The notes under the pieces are model-generated. The model was not told the DNA's origin. It saw nothing but the letters and a program-made list of their open reading frames with translations, and searched no databases. Source: Nitrospirota bacterium (lineage in GTDB: Bacteria > Nitrospirota > UBA9217). Taken from it: a stretch of DNA of 64,000 nucleotides. The translations under genes were made by a program, and so were the position numbers. The stretch spans positions 96,001 to 160,000 of the forward strand of contig CAVVUN010000012.1 in NCBI GenBank assembly GCA_963751455.1, in the 5' to 3' direction. Each line of letters opens with the position of its first letter. Position 1 is the first letter of the stretch. Below, piece after piece: positions 52,094 through 61,760 of the stretch.

Positions 52094-52858
52094 CTATTTC
52101 GGGGCAACGCCGAAGACTGTATGGAGCAGGTCGCCGACTGAGTATGCCAGTCCGGCGGCAATTGCTCCAATCGCAAGAGTCTGAACCGCAGATCGAAGGG
52201 GCGCCTGTTCCAGAACATATCCTTTCCCTGCGCCCAGCAACATGAATGCAAGCGCGGCGAGCAGGCAGCTCCCGAGGAAGAGGCTGTCCGGAGGGAACAC
52301 GGGAATTAAAAAGGGGAACAGCGGAATAAAACCGAAAAAAACGAATGAAAAAAAAGTGGCGGCTGCGGAGCGCAGCGGCCTGGCAACTGCCTTAGGCATC
52401 TTCAGTTCGTCGACAAGCATGGTATCCACCCAAACCTCCCGGTTCTTCATGATGACTTCCACAATGTGGCTCAGGGTCGCGCCCCGAAAGCCCTTGCGCG
52501 AAAAAATTTCCCGCAACTCCTGCTCTTCTCCCTTCGGATACTGTTCGATCTGCCAGTGCTCGTCCTGTCTGGCCCGCTCCACCTCTTCGTGTCTGCTGCG
52601 CGTGCCGAGATAATTGCTGACCGCCATGCTGAAGCCGTCTGCAATCAAATTGGCAAAGCCGAGTACGATGATCACTTCTACGGATAGCCGGCCGCCCGTG
52701 GTGCCCGCTACAACGGCAAAAGTGGTAACGATTCCGTCCACGCCCCCGAGGACAGCGTCTCCAAGACCGCTCTCTCCGTGTGTTGCCGCAACCCGCTTCC
52801 GGACTGCGTCTGGATGATGTTCGTCCTGCAGATTGCGTTTTTTCCAACGCCGCAGCAT
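52094..52858 (-). CDS. VIT1/CCC1 family transporter
   Basis: VLGGVDGIVTTFAVV, ANLIADGFSMAVSNYL. Confidence 0.93.
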   Translation of the reverse strand: MLRRWKKRNLQDEHHPDAVRKRVAATHGESGLGDAVLGGVDGIVTTFAVVAGTTGGRLSVEVIIVLGFANLIADGFSMAVSNYLGTRSRHEEVERARQDEHWQIEQYPKGEEQELREIFSRKGFRGATLSHIVEVIMKNREVWVDTMLVDELKMPKAVARPLRSAAATFFSFVFFGFIPLFPFLIPVFPPDSLFLGSCLLAALAFMLLGAGKGYVLEQAPLRSAVQTLAIGAIAAGLAYSVGDLLHTVFGVAPK

Positions 52859-52889
52859 GCAACTCTCCCTGAAGGTCGCGTCGCTTTAG

Positions 52890-53081
52890 CTATTTGACGG
52901 CGACCAGGGAAATATTCAATTTCTGTTCGACCTGCTTTATCCGGCTGAGCTCTTCATCTTTCAAGGGAACAATGTTTATATCCTTGCATGAAAATGCGAT
53001 CAGGGTCTTACCCAGGCTTTTTTCGAGCGACTGTACATCCGCAAGTTTGTCCTTCTCAAGATTGGCCAAAGTGCACAACAT
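52890..53081 (-). CDS. Small hypothetical protein with internal duplication
   Basis: RBS AGGAGG; two similar halves LEKSLGKTLIAF / VEQKLNISLVAV. Confidence 0.75.
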   Translation of the reverse strand: MLCTLANLEKDKLADVQSLEKSLGKTLIAFSCKDINIVPLKDEELSRIKQVEQKLNISLVAVK

Positions 53082-53291
53082 AGCCGCCTCCTGTTCTGTG
53101 TTATTATCTATAAAATCAAGCCTAGTACTCAAACGACCGCGTGTCAAGATCGTGTGATAACAGGTACTTTCGGGCAAATCTATTTCTTAAAAATCCTCTC
53201 ACCCCGGTCTCCTCTTCTTCTTTACTCTCCCCTCATCCCGTGGTACTATGCCACGCTTTTATTGCTTTATCCATTCGACCGAGGGGCATTC

Positions 53292-55511
53292 ATGACAACA
53301 GGACACTTTCATACAATCGCACAGGAATTATCACTCACTGAAAAGCAGGTGTTTGCCTGCGCCGCGCTGCTGGATGAAGGCGCTACCGTGCCGTTCATTT
53401 CCCGCTACCGCAAAGAAGCCACGGGCTTGCTCGATGAAGTTGCCGTGACTGCAATACGCGACCGGCTGGCCCAGCTCCGGGACCTGGACAAGCGGCGCGA
53501 GGCAATCCTGAAGTCGCTCGAAGAAACAGGCAAACTCACGGATGAGCTCAAAGCAAAGGTCCTTGCGGCAGAGACCATGACAATACTCGAGGACATTTAT
53601 CTGCCGTACCGTCCCAAACGGCGGACCCGGGCAACGATCGCGCGCGAAAAAGGGCTCGAACCGCTGGCACAGCGCCTGTTCATGCAGGAGGCAGGCTTTG
53701 ATCCGGATGCGGAAGCTGCGGCCTTCATCGATCCGGAAAAGGGCGTCGGGACCGGCGCCGATGCCCTGGCCGGAGCCAGGGACATCATTGCGGAATGGAT
53801 AAATGAGGACCAGAATGCGCGTACTCGAATGCGCGAGCTCTACAATGCCAGAGGCCTGTTCAAGACCAGGGTCATAACCGGCAAGGAAGAACTGGGAATC
53901 AAGTACAGGGATTACTTCGACTGGGAGGAGCCTGTTGGAACCGCGCCGTCGCACCGCATTCTCGCCATGAGACGGGGGGAGAAGGAAGGCTTCCTCGTCC
54001 TGCGTGCCGAGCCGCCTGAAGAAGAGGCCATGGTACTGCTCGAAGCCTTGTTCGTGAAAGGCAATAGCTCCTCCTCTCAGCACGTCAAGACGGCAGTCCA
54101 GGATTGTTATAAACGGCTTCTTTCGCTCTCCATGGAAACCGAGGTCCGCGTTGCGACAAGGGAGCGGGCCGATGCAGAGGCCATACGGGTGTTCGCGGAG
54201 AACCTGAGACAGCTCCTGCTCTCTCCGCCGCTCGGACAAAAGAACGTACTGGCCATAGACCCGGGCTTCCGCACGGGCTGCAAGGTGGTCTGCGTGGACA
54301 AGCAGGGAAAGCTGCTGCACACGGATGTGATCTATCCCCTTTTCTCGGAAAAAAATATGGGTGAGGCAGGCTGTAAGATCGTAGAGCTCTGCAAACGATA
54401 TGCAATAGAGGCCATAGCCATAGGCAATGGGACGGCGGGACGGGAAACAGAAGCTTTTGTCAGGCAGCTCGGCCTTCCGACTGCCATCCAGCTCGTCATG
54501 GTAAACGAAAGCGGGGCATCGATCTATTCCGCATCTGAAGTTGCGCGCGAGGAATTCCCGGACCATGATCTGACGGTGCGGGGAGCTGTTTCGATAGGCA
54601 GGCGGCTGATGGATCCGCTGGCTGAGTTGGTCAAGATCGATCCCAAGTCCATCGGCGTGGGCCAGTACCAGCACGATGTGGACCAGGCAGCGCTCAGGCG
54701 CAGCCTCGATGACACGGTCATTCTCTGCGTAAACAGAGTCGGCGTTGAGGTAAATACCGCGAGCAAGCAACTTTTGATGTACGTCTCCGGTCTCGGCCCC
54801 CAGCTTGCGGGAAACATTATCGATTACCGCAACGCGAACGGCGGCTTTCAATCACGGGATACGCTTAAGAAAGTGCCGAAGCTCGGGCCCAAGACGTTTG
54901 AGCAGGCTGCGGGGTTCCTGCGCATCCGGGACGGCGAAAATCCGCTCGACGCGAGCGCCGTGCATCCCGAGACCTACCATATCGTGGATGCAATGGCAAG
55001 GGACCTGAACTGCTCTGTCATTGACCTCATGCGCAGCGACGAACTGCGCAGAAAAATAGACCTTGCAAAATACGTGACCGATACAATCGGCCTGCCCACG
55101 CTCAGGGACATCATGGCAGAGCTCGCAAAACCCGGCCGGGACCCGCGCGAGCAGTTCGAGACCTTCAGCTTTGCAGAGGGGATCGGAAAGATAGAGGACG
55201 TGAAGCCCGGCATGAAGCTTCCGGGCGTGGTAACGAACATCACTGCCTTCGGCGCCTTCATCGACATCGGCGTGCACCAGGACGGGCTCGCGCACATCAG
55301 TCAGCTTTCGGACCAATACATCAAAGACCCGAACCAGGCTGTGAAGGTGCATCAGAAGGTGACGGCAACGGTGCTCGAGGTGGATGTGCAGAGAAAGAGG
55401 ATATCGCTGTCCTTGAAAAAAAACCCGGACAAACCGGCACATCAAAAGAAAGAAAAACCACGGACCGATGTTCGCGATCTTCAGCAGGCGTTCCTGAAAA
55501 ACCGGACGTGA
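53292..55511 (+). CDS. tex: Tex family transcriptional accessory protein
   Basis: GATVPFISRYRKE, DPGFRTGCK, IGVGQYQHDV, C-terminal S1 domain. Confidence 0.97.
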   Translation: MTTGHFHTIAQELSLTEKQVFACAALLDEGATVPFISRYRKEATGLLDEVAVTAIRDRLAQLRDLDKRREAILKSLEETGKLTDELKAKVLAAETMTILEDIYLPYRPKRRTRATIAREKGLEPLAQRLFMQEAGFDPDAEAAAFIDPEKGVGTGADALAGARDIIAEWINEDQNARTRMRELYNARGLFKTRVITGKEELGIKYRDYFDWEEPVGTAPSHRILAMRRGEKEGFLVLRAEPPEEEAMVLLEALFVKGNSSSSQHVKTAVQDCYKRLLSLSMETEVRVATRERADAEAIRVFAENLRQLLLSPPLGQKNVLAIDPGFRTGCKVVCVDKQGKLLHTDVIYPLFSEKNMGEAGCKIVELCKRYAIEAIAIGNGTAGRETEAFVRQLGLPTAIQLVMVNESGASIYSASEVAREEFPDHDLTVRGAVSIGRRLMDPLAELVKIDPKSIGVGQYQHDVDQAALRRSLDDTVILCVNRVGVEVNTASKQLLMYVSGLGPQLAGNIIDYRNANGGFQSRDTLKKVPKLGPKTFEQAAGFLRIRDGENPLDASAVHPETYHIVDAMARDLNCSVIDLMRSDELRRKIDLAKYVTDTIGLPTLRDIMAELAKPGRDPREQFETFSFAEGIGKIEDVKPGMKLPGVVTNITAFGAFIDIGVHQDGLAHISQLSDQYIKDPNQAVKVHQKVTATVLEVDVQRKRISLSLKKNPDKPAHQKKEKPRTDVRDLQQAFLKNRT

Positions 55512-55553
55512 ATGCCCGGTTCAATGGAGCACGTGACCATCGGAGTCTTTCAA

Positions 55554-55717
55554 CCTAAAAACGGCATTTGAACACGGATGAACACGGAAACAGCGGATCA
55601 AAACAATGTGATAGAGCAAAAAGCCATCTCGCCTTTTGGGTGAATCCATTACTGTTCGTAACTTCCTATAAATCCGTGTTGATCAGATTTTATCCGTGTC
55701 CAACTGCTTTTTTCAGG
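55554..55717 (+). mobile_element. 164-bp MITE, copy 2
   Basis: Matches copy 1; TTCAA direct repeats at 55549-55553 and 55718-55722. Confidence 0.9.
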
Positions 55718-56245
55718 TTCAAAGGATGTCATGTTAATTTGCGCAACGGTTTTCAGCACCTTGACCGTCATGATGTGATAAGGAATTGCCGTGAGGCAAA
55801 GATAATGCTCCTTAACCCTTTTGGCGAGGGAGCGAATATTCGCGCGAAGAGTATTCCCGTTGCCGATGTAACGCCGGAGAGCTTCAAAAGCCGGATCATG
55901 AAAAGCATTGATTTTCTCAGGGGCCTCAACGAGATAAAGCAGAATATAAGGCTCAAGCTTTATCCGGATGCGCCGCTTCTCAAACTCGCCGTTTTAGGAG
56001 ACTATATGAGCATGAAATTTTATCATGCGGGCCTCGGCACAAGCGAAACGCCCGAGTATATCTTCAAGCACTCGCAGGAGGGCGGTAATCTTTACAGCAT
56101 TTTTTACCAGCTCTTTCTTTCCAAGTGGCGCGATTCGAGCATACCCGAATATGACTTCGATACCGGCGGTCTTATATACAGGGACAACTCAGGAAACGAG
56201 ACAAGAAGAGAGAAGTTCGACGAAATGCCCCTTAACGGAGAATAA
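55718..56245 (+). pseudogene. 3' remnant of a hypothetical gene
   Basis: Protein-like frame HDVIRNCREAKIMLLNP...IRLKLYPD... with no start of its own; interrupted by the MITE. Confidence 0.55.
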
Positions 56246-56283
56246 TATTGCATTATATTTCCTGCTGTGCTAAAAAGACAAAA

Positions 56284-56368
56284 ATGATAAAGGCAAACTA
56301 TCTGAAAGGATAGGGCGCAAAGCAACCGGCCCTGAGCTTACCCGAAGGGCGGCGGGGCTGCCGAAGTA
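56284..56368 (+). ncRNA. c-di-GMP-I (GEMM-I) riboswitch
   Basis: GGCAAAC, CTATCT-GAAA-GGATAG tetraloop stem, GGCGCAAAGC, P3 ending GGCGGGGCTGCCGA. Confidence 0.88.
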
Positions 56369-56393
56369 ATAATCATCACAGATAAAGAACGCG

Positions 56394-56428
56394 GCCCAAT
56401 CTTGTCTTTTCAAAGGTTGGGCTTTTTA
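56394..56428 (+). terminator. Terminator forming the riboswitch expression platform
   Basis: GCCCAATCTT...AAGGTTGGGC followed by TTTTT, before the ATG at 56478. Confidence 0.75.
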
Positions 56429-56477
56429 ATTTAGTGCGGACCCTGAAATATTGCGCAGATGATAAGAAAGATCAGTT

Positions 56478-59066
56478 ATGAATAACAAGCCATCGCCCGG
56501 GAGATCCAAAAAGAGACTGACTGCGGGGATAATAGTAGCGATTTATGCCGGTGTCGGAGCACTTTGGATTGCGGCCTCTGATAGTATTGTGCATATGATG
56601 AGTAAAGACCCGGAAATGATTACCCGCCTTCAGTCATGCAAGGGCTGGTTCTATATCGGTTTGACGGCAGGTATGCTCTACTGGCTCGTTCGGCGCTATG
56701 GTGCTGAGCATAGAGAATCAGAGGATAGATTCAGGATCGTTTTCGAAAGCGCGACTGACGGCATTCTTTTGGCCGATCTTGAAAATAAAATGTTCGTAAT
56801 GGGCAATAAGACAAGTGCTCAAATGCTCGGATATACGGGGGAGGAAATTACAGGATTGGGCGTTATGGATATCCATCCTGCCGGAGACCTTCCGTTTGTT
56901 ATAGAACAATTTGAAAAACAAGCAAGGGGTGAGATTTTGGTTGCCGCTGATATTCCCGTGAAGAAAAAGGACGGCGGTATCTTTTATGCCGACATCAATT
57001 CAACTCCCATAATGCTCGATGGAAGAAAATGTCTTATGGGTATTTTCAGAGACGTGACCGAGCGCAAAAAGGCGGAAGAAAATCTCAACAAAACCCTCTC
57101 TCTTCTTTCATCTGTTCTTGAATCAACCGCCGACGGCTTACTCGTAGTCGATACTTCCGGTAAGATAGTCAGCTTTAATGAGAACTTCCTGAAACTGTGG
57201 CATATTCCAGAACATATTGTCGCTTCCCATGACGATAAACAGGCGCTTGCGTTTGTGCTTGGGCAGCTTAAAGATCCTGAAGAATTTCTCAAAAAAGTCC
57301 GTGAATTGTATGCCCGGCCTGATGCGGAGAGCTTTGACACATTAGAGTTCAAAGACGGGAGGATTTTTGAACGCTACTCCAAGCCCCAGAAGATCGGCGT
57401 TAAAAACGTGGGAAGGGTCTGGAGCTTCAGGGATATAACAGCACGCAAAAAGGCCGCGGATGAACTGGCCGCGCGAACACGTCAGAATCTTTTAGGCGCG
57501 GAAATCGGAGCCGTACTTGTCCGGAACACAGATCTGCGCGGTTTATTGCAGCTTTGCACGGAGGCTATTGTAAAACATCTCGATACGGCATTCGCACGAA
57601 TCTGGACACTGAACAAGAAAGACAACGTATTAGAGCTGCAGGGCAGCGCCGGGATGTACACGCATATTAACGGCCCTCACGCTCGCGTGCCGGTCGGTAA
57701 ATATAAAATAGGGTTGATCGCACAGGAAAGGAAACCGCATCTGACCAATGCTGTGATCGGCGACTCATGCATAAGCGACCCGGAATGGGCAAAACGTGAA
57801 GGAATGGTTGCCTTCGCCGGACATCCCCTTATTGTCGGAGACAGGCTGGTCGGAGTAATGGCGCTGTTCTCCAAGAAGCCACTTGAAGAGACGTCGCTTT
57901 CCACGCTGGCATCAATAGCGGATGAGATAGCATTAGGCATAGAGCGCAAACAGGCGGAGGAACGGATTTATGGCCAGTTGCATAAGCTCTCCGCCCTGCG
58001 CTCCATAGACCTGACAATAAGTTCCAGTCTTGACCTGCGCGTGATTCTCAAAATTTTCATAGAGCATGTGGTGAACGAGTTGGGCGTTGACGCCGCAAAT
58101 GTGCTTCTCCTCAATCCTCACACGAGGATACTGGAATATGCGGCAAGTCGGGGTTTTCGGACGAGCGCCCTGAGACACACTCACCTGCGCCTTGGGGAAG
58201 GTTACGCGGGAGTTGCGGCGCTTGAGAATCGGCTCGTGAAGGCGCCCAACCTGCAGGAAGAAGATGGCGGGTTTAAGCGGTCGGGGCTCCTTGAAGACGA
58301 GGATTTTATCTCATATTACGGCGTGCCTCTCGTGGCAAAAGGTCACGTAAAAGGGGTGTTGGAGCTCTTCCATAGAAGCCCCCTTCATCCTGACGAGGAA
58401 TGGTTTGAGTTTCTCGACGGCCTTGCCCTGCAAGCCTCTATTGCGATAGACAACAATTCTCTGTTCCTTGAACTCGAACGGTCGAATACGGATCTTGTAC
58501 TGGCTTATGACGGTACTATTGAGGGCTGGTCACGAGCCCTCGATTACCGTGATAAGGAAACTGAGGGCCATTCCCGGAGGGTAACAGAGCTGACGCTTGA
58601 GATCGCCCGGTTCATGGGAATAAGCGCGGATGAGCTCGTGCATATCCGAAGAGGCGCTCTCCTTCATGACATCGGGAAGATGGGAATCCCCGACAATATT
58701 TTGCTTAAGCCCGGCCCGCTGACTGACGAGGAATGGGTGATCATGCGGCGTCACCCCGTTTATGCCCTTGAGTTGCTCTCGCCTATCGCCTATCTGCGGC
58801 CCGCCCTCGACATCCCTTATTGCCACCATGAAAAATGGGACGGGACCGGCTACCCCCGCGGCTTAAAAGGCGAGGAGATCCCCCTTGCCGCCCGCGTGTT
58901 CGCCGTGGTTGACGTCTGGGACGCCCTGAATTCCGACCGGCCCTACAGGCCCGCATGGCCCGGAGAGAAGATCAGAGAACATATGCGCTCTCTTTCGGGA
59001 ACTCATTTCGACCCCAAGGTGTGCGAGGCATTTCTGAAGCTTCTAGAATTAAAGGGCGGCAAGTAG
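56478..59066 (+). CDS. PAS-PAS-GAF-GAF HD-GYP phosphodiesterase
   Basis: Two TMs, [26 protein letters not shown]. Confidence 0.95.
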   Translation: MNNKPSPGRSKKRLTAGIIVAIYAGVGALWIAASDSIVHMMSKDPEMITRLQSCKGWFYIGLTAGMLYWLVRRYGAEHRESEDRFRIVFESATDGILLADLENKMFVMGNKTSAQMLGYTGEEITGLGVMDIHPAGDLPFVIEQFEKQARGEILVAADIPVKKKDGGIFYADINSTPIMLDGRKCLMGIFRDVTERKKAEENLNKTLSLLSSVLESTADGLLVVDTSGKIVSFNENFLKLWHIPEHIVASHDDKQALAFVLGQLKDPEEFLKKVRELYARPDAESFDTLEFKDGRIFERYSKPQKIGVKNVGRVWSFRDITARKKAADELAARTRQNLLGAEIGAVLVRNTDLRGLLQLCTEAIVKHLDTAFARIWTLNKKDNVLELQGSAGMYTHINGPHARVPVGKYKIGLIAQERKPHLTNAVIGDSCISDPEWAKREGMVAFAGHPLIVGDRLVGVMALFSKKPLEETSLSTLASIADEIALGIERKQAEERIYGQLHKLSALRSIDLTISSSLDLRVILKIFIEHVVNELGVDAANVLLLNPHTRILEYAASRGFRTSALRHTHLRLGEGYAGVAALENRLVKAPNLQEEDGGFKRSGLLEDEDFISYYGVPLVAKGHVKGVLELFHRSPLHPDEEWFEFLDGLALQASIAIDNNSLFLELERSNTDLVLAYDGTIEGWSRALDYRDKETEGHSRRVTELTLEIARFMGISADELVHIRRGALLHDIGKMGIPDNILLKPGPLTDEEWVIMRRHPVYALELLSPIAYLRPALDIPYCHHEKWDGTGYPRGLKGEEIPLAARVFAVVDVWDALNSDRPYRPAWPGEKIREHMRSLSGTHFDPKVCEAFLKLLELKGGK

Positions 59067-59182
59067 CTTCTGCCGGGATTATCCTGAAAAAAGCAGTTGG
59101 AAGGTGAAATGGTTTTTTGATGTGGAGTGAGAAATGTTTTTCGACGAGAAAAAGCGGTATAAAGAAGGAACGGCGTTATTTT

Positions 59183-59425
59183 TTACGCGACCTGGTAGCT
59201 CTTGCCGATTTCGACAAAGCCGCCGACTTTCTTTTCTCTCAGCTTCTTCCTGACTTCTTCAAAAAAGGCAGTAACATCCGGAGAATACAACCGTTCGCCG
59301 CAATGCAGGCAAACCTCTGCTTTAACTTTTACAACAGCGGTATCGCCATCGCCTTTTAAAAGCTTTTCTACATCCTTTTCCATCACTTCGCCGCCGCACA
59401 CCGGGCATTTTTCAAACAGTTTCAT
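59183..59425 (-). CDS. YgiT/MqsA-type zinc-finger protein
   Basis: KCPVCGG ... VCLHCGERLY. Confidence 0.85.
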   Translation of the reverse strand: MKLFEKCPVCGGEVMEKDVEKLLKGDGDTAVVKVKAEVCLHCGERLYSPDVTAFFEEVRKKLREKKVGGFVEIGKSYQVA

Positions 59426-59964
59426 TTCTCTTTCCTCGTCTTCCAGTCTTCCATCCATCTATCCTTAACGCTCTTTTCCTGATTGTACTTTTATTCTAAA
59501 TAGTTGCTTCACGCCTCAATCCATCATCCGGAATAGACACAAGGAAAACGTTTATGCGTGATAAATTCCTTTCATGAGGGAAGAATACTATATGGCCGGT
59601 GAAATGGCAAGAAGATTAGTAATCGCTCCACGGTTATTCGTCCGTTAGTCAGGTAGGTATGATGTATTCAACCAACGAAGAGAGGAGTCTTTCAATTGAT
59701 GGAAAACCAGGATTTCTCGCGATTTTATCCCGAGTGTAGATAAGATTCCTCACATGCGTTCGGAATGACAAACGCCGACGGACTCGAAATGATAAAACTA
59801 GCAATTTCAGACAAGACTATCATTCTATGGGCGCGCCTCATTTTATGATCGCCAAGAGCCTCCGGCTTGGCTTCGCGGATTTATCGAAATCTACAAAACA
59901 TTGCGAGATTCACCCAAAAGGTGAAAGGGTTTTTTAAAGTCAGGGACGCCCTGAGTTCTGACCG

Positions 59965-60563
59965 TTATTCCGGTAGTTTCTTATCGTTGACCTTATCAAA
60001 TCTTACAGCAATCCGGTCTTCTCTCTGAATAGCTTCTTCCAATTCATCAGGAGTGAACAAATCTTTCGTGACATGCAAATTCATTTTATAGAGATGACAC
60101 CGGCCCGGCTCTTTTTCTGATCGATCAAGAAATTCCGATAATTCCTTGCCCTCGCCGATCAGATCATATGATATCTTGTTCTGGATATTTCTATGAACAA
60201 CAAAAGTATACCCTACACCTACTATTTTTAATTTCGTCAATCCCTTCTTCTTAAGCTCAATCAGTTCCTTTAACTCATCTGGATTCATAGGCTTCTCCTC
60301 AGCTAAAATTATTTCATTTTTTTCTTGCCGGACCTTTACTGCTTTAACGCTTAACTCGCTGATTTTAGCATAAAGCTTACCGGGATGATAAGGCTTTTGT
60401 ATAATATCGTCTATTCCGATACTTATCCATAGACCTCAGGTTCCCTGTCACGGCCATGATAGGGAAATATTTTATATTAACGACGGATTATCTCTGTTGC
60501 TTCAATGCCGTCCATGACCGGCATATCAATATCCATCAAACAAAGGTCATATGCCGCCTTCAT
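59965..60563 (-). pseudogene. Degraded response regulator: receiver domain plus unknown C-terminal domain
   Basis: Manual translation YDLCLMDIDMPVMDGIEATEIIRR*, PIMAVTG, then GIDDIIQKPY in frame with ORF 59965-60288. Confidence 0.75.
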
Positions 60564-60606
60564 TAATTTTGGCTAACTCAACAGCCTTCCGGCGCTGGAG
60601 GCCCCC

Positions 60607-60876
60607 ATGATACAATTCCTGGCTGGAGCTGTTACGTTTGCTTATGTACTAGCCGGAGTCTACTTTCTTCGTTTCTGGAGGAAGACCGCGGATCGCTTGT
60701 TTCTCAGTTTCGCTCTGGCTTTCGGGCTCATGGCGCTCAACCAGATCGCCGCGTCTCTGCTCGGACCGGCCGATGAACGAGTCGGCTACGCCTACATATT
60801 GCGTGTTCTGGGATACGCGGTCATTTTACTGGCTATCGTGGAAAAGAACTTCTTTTCCATCAGAAAACGGAAATGA
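60607..60876 (+). CDS. DUF5985-like small membrane protein
   Basis: FLRFWRKTADRLFLSFALAF...LRVLGY...IVEKN. Confidence 0.75.
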   Translation: MIQFLAGAVTFAYVLAGVYFLRFWRKTADRLFLSFALAFGLMALNQIAASLLGPADERVGYAYILRVLGYAVILLAIVEKNFFSIRKRK

Positions 60877-60937
60877 AAACGCGACTCCGGATTTATCCGG
60901 ATTCCTTGTGACATGGTTGCGTGAATGTTAAGGATAT

Positions 60938-61065
60938 TTTCTCCCCTTCAAGGGGAGGATGAGGAGGGGATGGGGTCTTCTGGAACCCGGCAACAAACCC
61001 ATCCTCACACCCTGCACTCGCGGTTCCACTCGTAAACGCTGGGTGCAAGGCCTTGAAGGAGAGGA
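60938..61065. repeat. Intergenic palindromic element
   Basis: TCTCCCCTTCAAGGGGAGGATGAGGAGGGGATGGG ... CCCATCCTCAC ... CCTTGAAGGAGAGGA. Confidence 0.6.
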
Positions 61066-61311
61066 CGTTTGATTACGGCCAAAAGGTCGCGCTATGGATA
61101 TCTCGATTATTGTTCTGGACAGAAACCTGAAGGTCAAAGGATACGTCCCGCCTGAGACGCCCTTTATCTCCTGTTCGATGAAGAGGGAACGGCTTCAACC
61201 GTTGTTGCCGGCAAAGAGATAAAGCCCTTCAATTTCGTTGCAATTTAAAGTCTTCTTTGATACATTGCTATTATAGATTCGATTAATCCATTCTGAAAAA
61301 GCGGTTATGAC

Positions 61312-61560
61312 ATGCTGACAGCGCAGAAAACCAGGCAGAAGCACACGCATATCACACGTGCGCGTTAAGTCGCGCTGCTGGCGGCGCTCCTATTATCGCA
61401 GGGACCAGGTTCCCTGTTCGATCCGTTGTATATTATATCCTCAGGCAGGGAATGACGCCCCGAGGAATTGGTAAAAGAGTTCTCTCATTTTACCTTGCCC
61501 AAGGTTTACGATGCCCTTTCATATTATTACGAAAAACGATGGATGAAGAACTGCATGAAT
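61312..61560 (+). pseudogene. DUF433-family antitoxin remnant
   Basis: GGAPIIAGTRFPVRSV...GMTP then frameshift to EELVKEF...VYDALSYY. Confidence 0.75.
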
Positions 61561-61632
61561 ATGAAGCCGAAACTCCCCTTCAATGAACTGCTGAATCGCA
61601 TTTCGAAACTTCTCTCGGCGAACACGACTGAT

Positions 61633-61760
61633 CCTAAAAACGGCATTTGAACACGGATGAACACGGAAACAGCGGATCAAAACAATGTGATAGAGCAAAA
61701 AGCCATCTCGCCTTTTGGGTGAATCCATTACTGTTCGTAACTTCCTATAAATCCGTGTTG
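61633..61760 (+). mobile_element. MITE copy 3, truncated (128 of 164 bp)
   Basis: Matches copy 2 up to ATCCGTGTTG, then runs directly into coding sequence. Confidence 0.88.

Noticed and set aside
53331-54851. Long antisense ORFs (also 14800-16011, 37987-39486, 19264-20415, 17463-18488)
   Set aside because: Shadows of well-supported GC-rich genes on the opposite strand, with no recognisable motifs
55568-56245. Three ORFs starting MNTDEHGNSGSKQC (18492-19028, 55568-56245, 61647-62330) as a gene family
   Set aside because: The shared N-terminus is just the translated MITE
56284-56368. cGAMP-specific riboswitch variant
   Set aside because: G rather than A at the specificity position (GGCAAAC)
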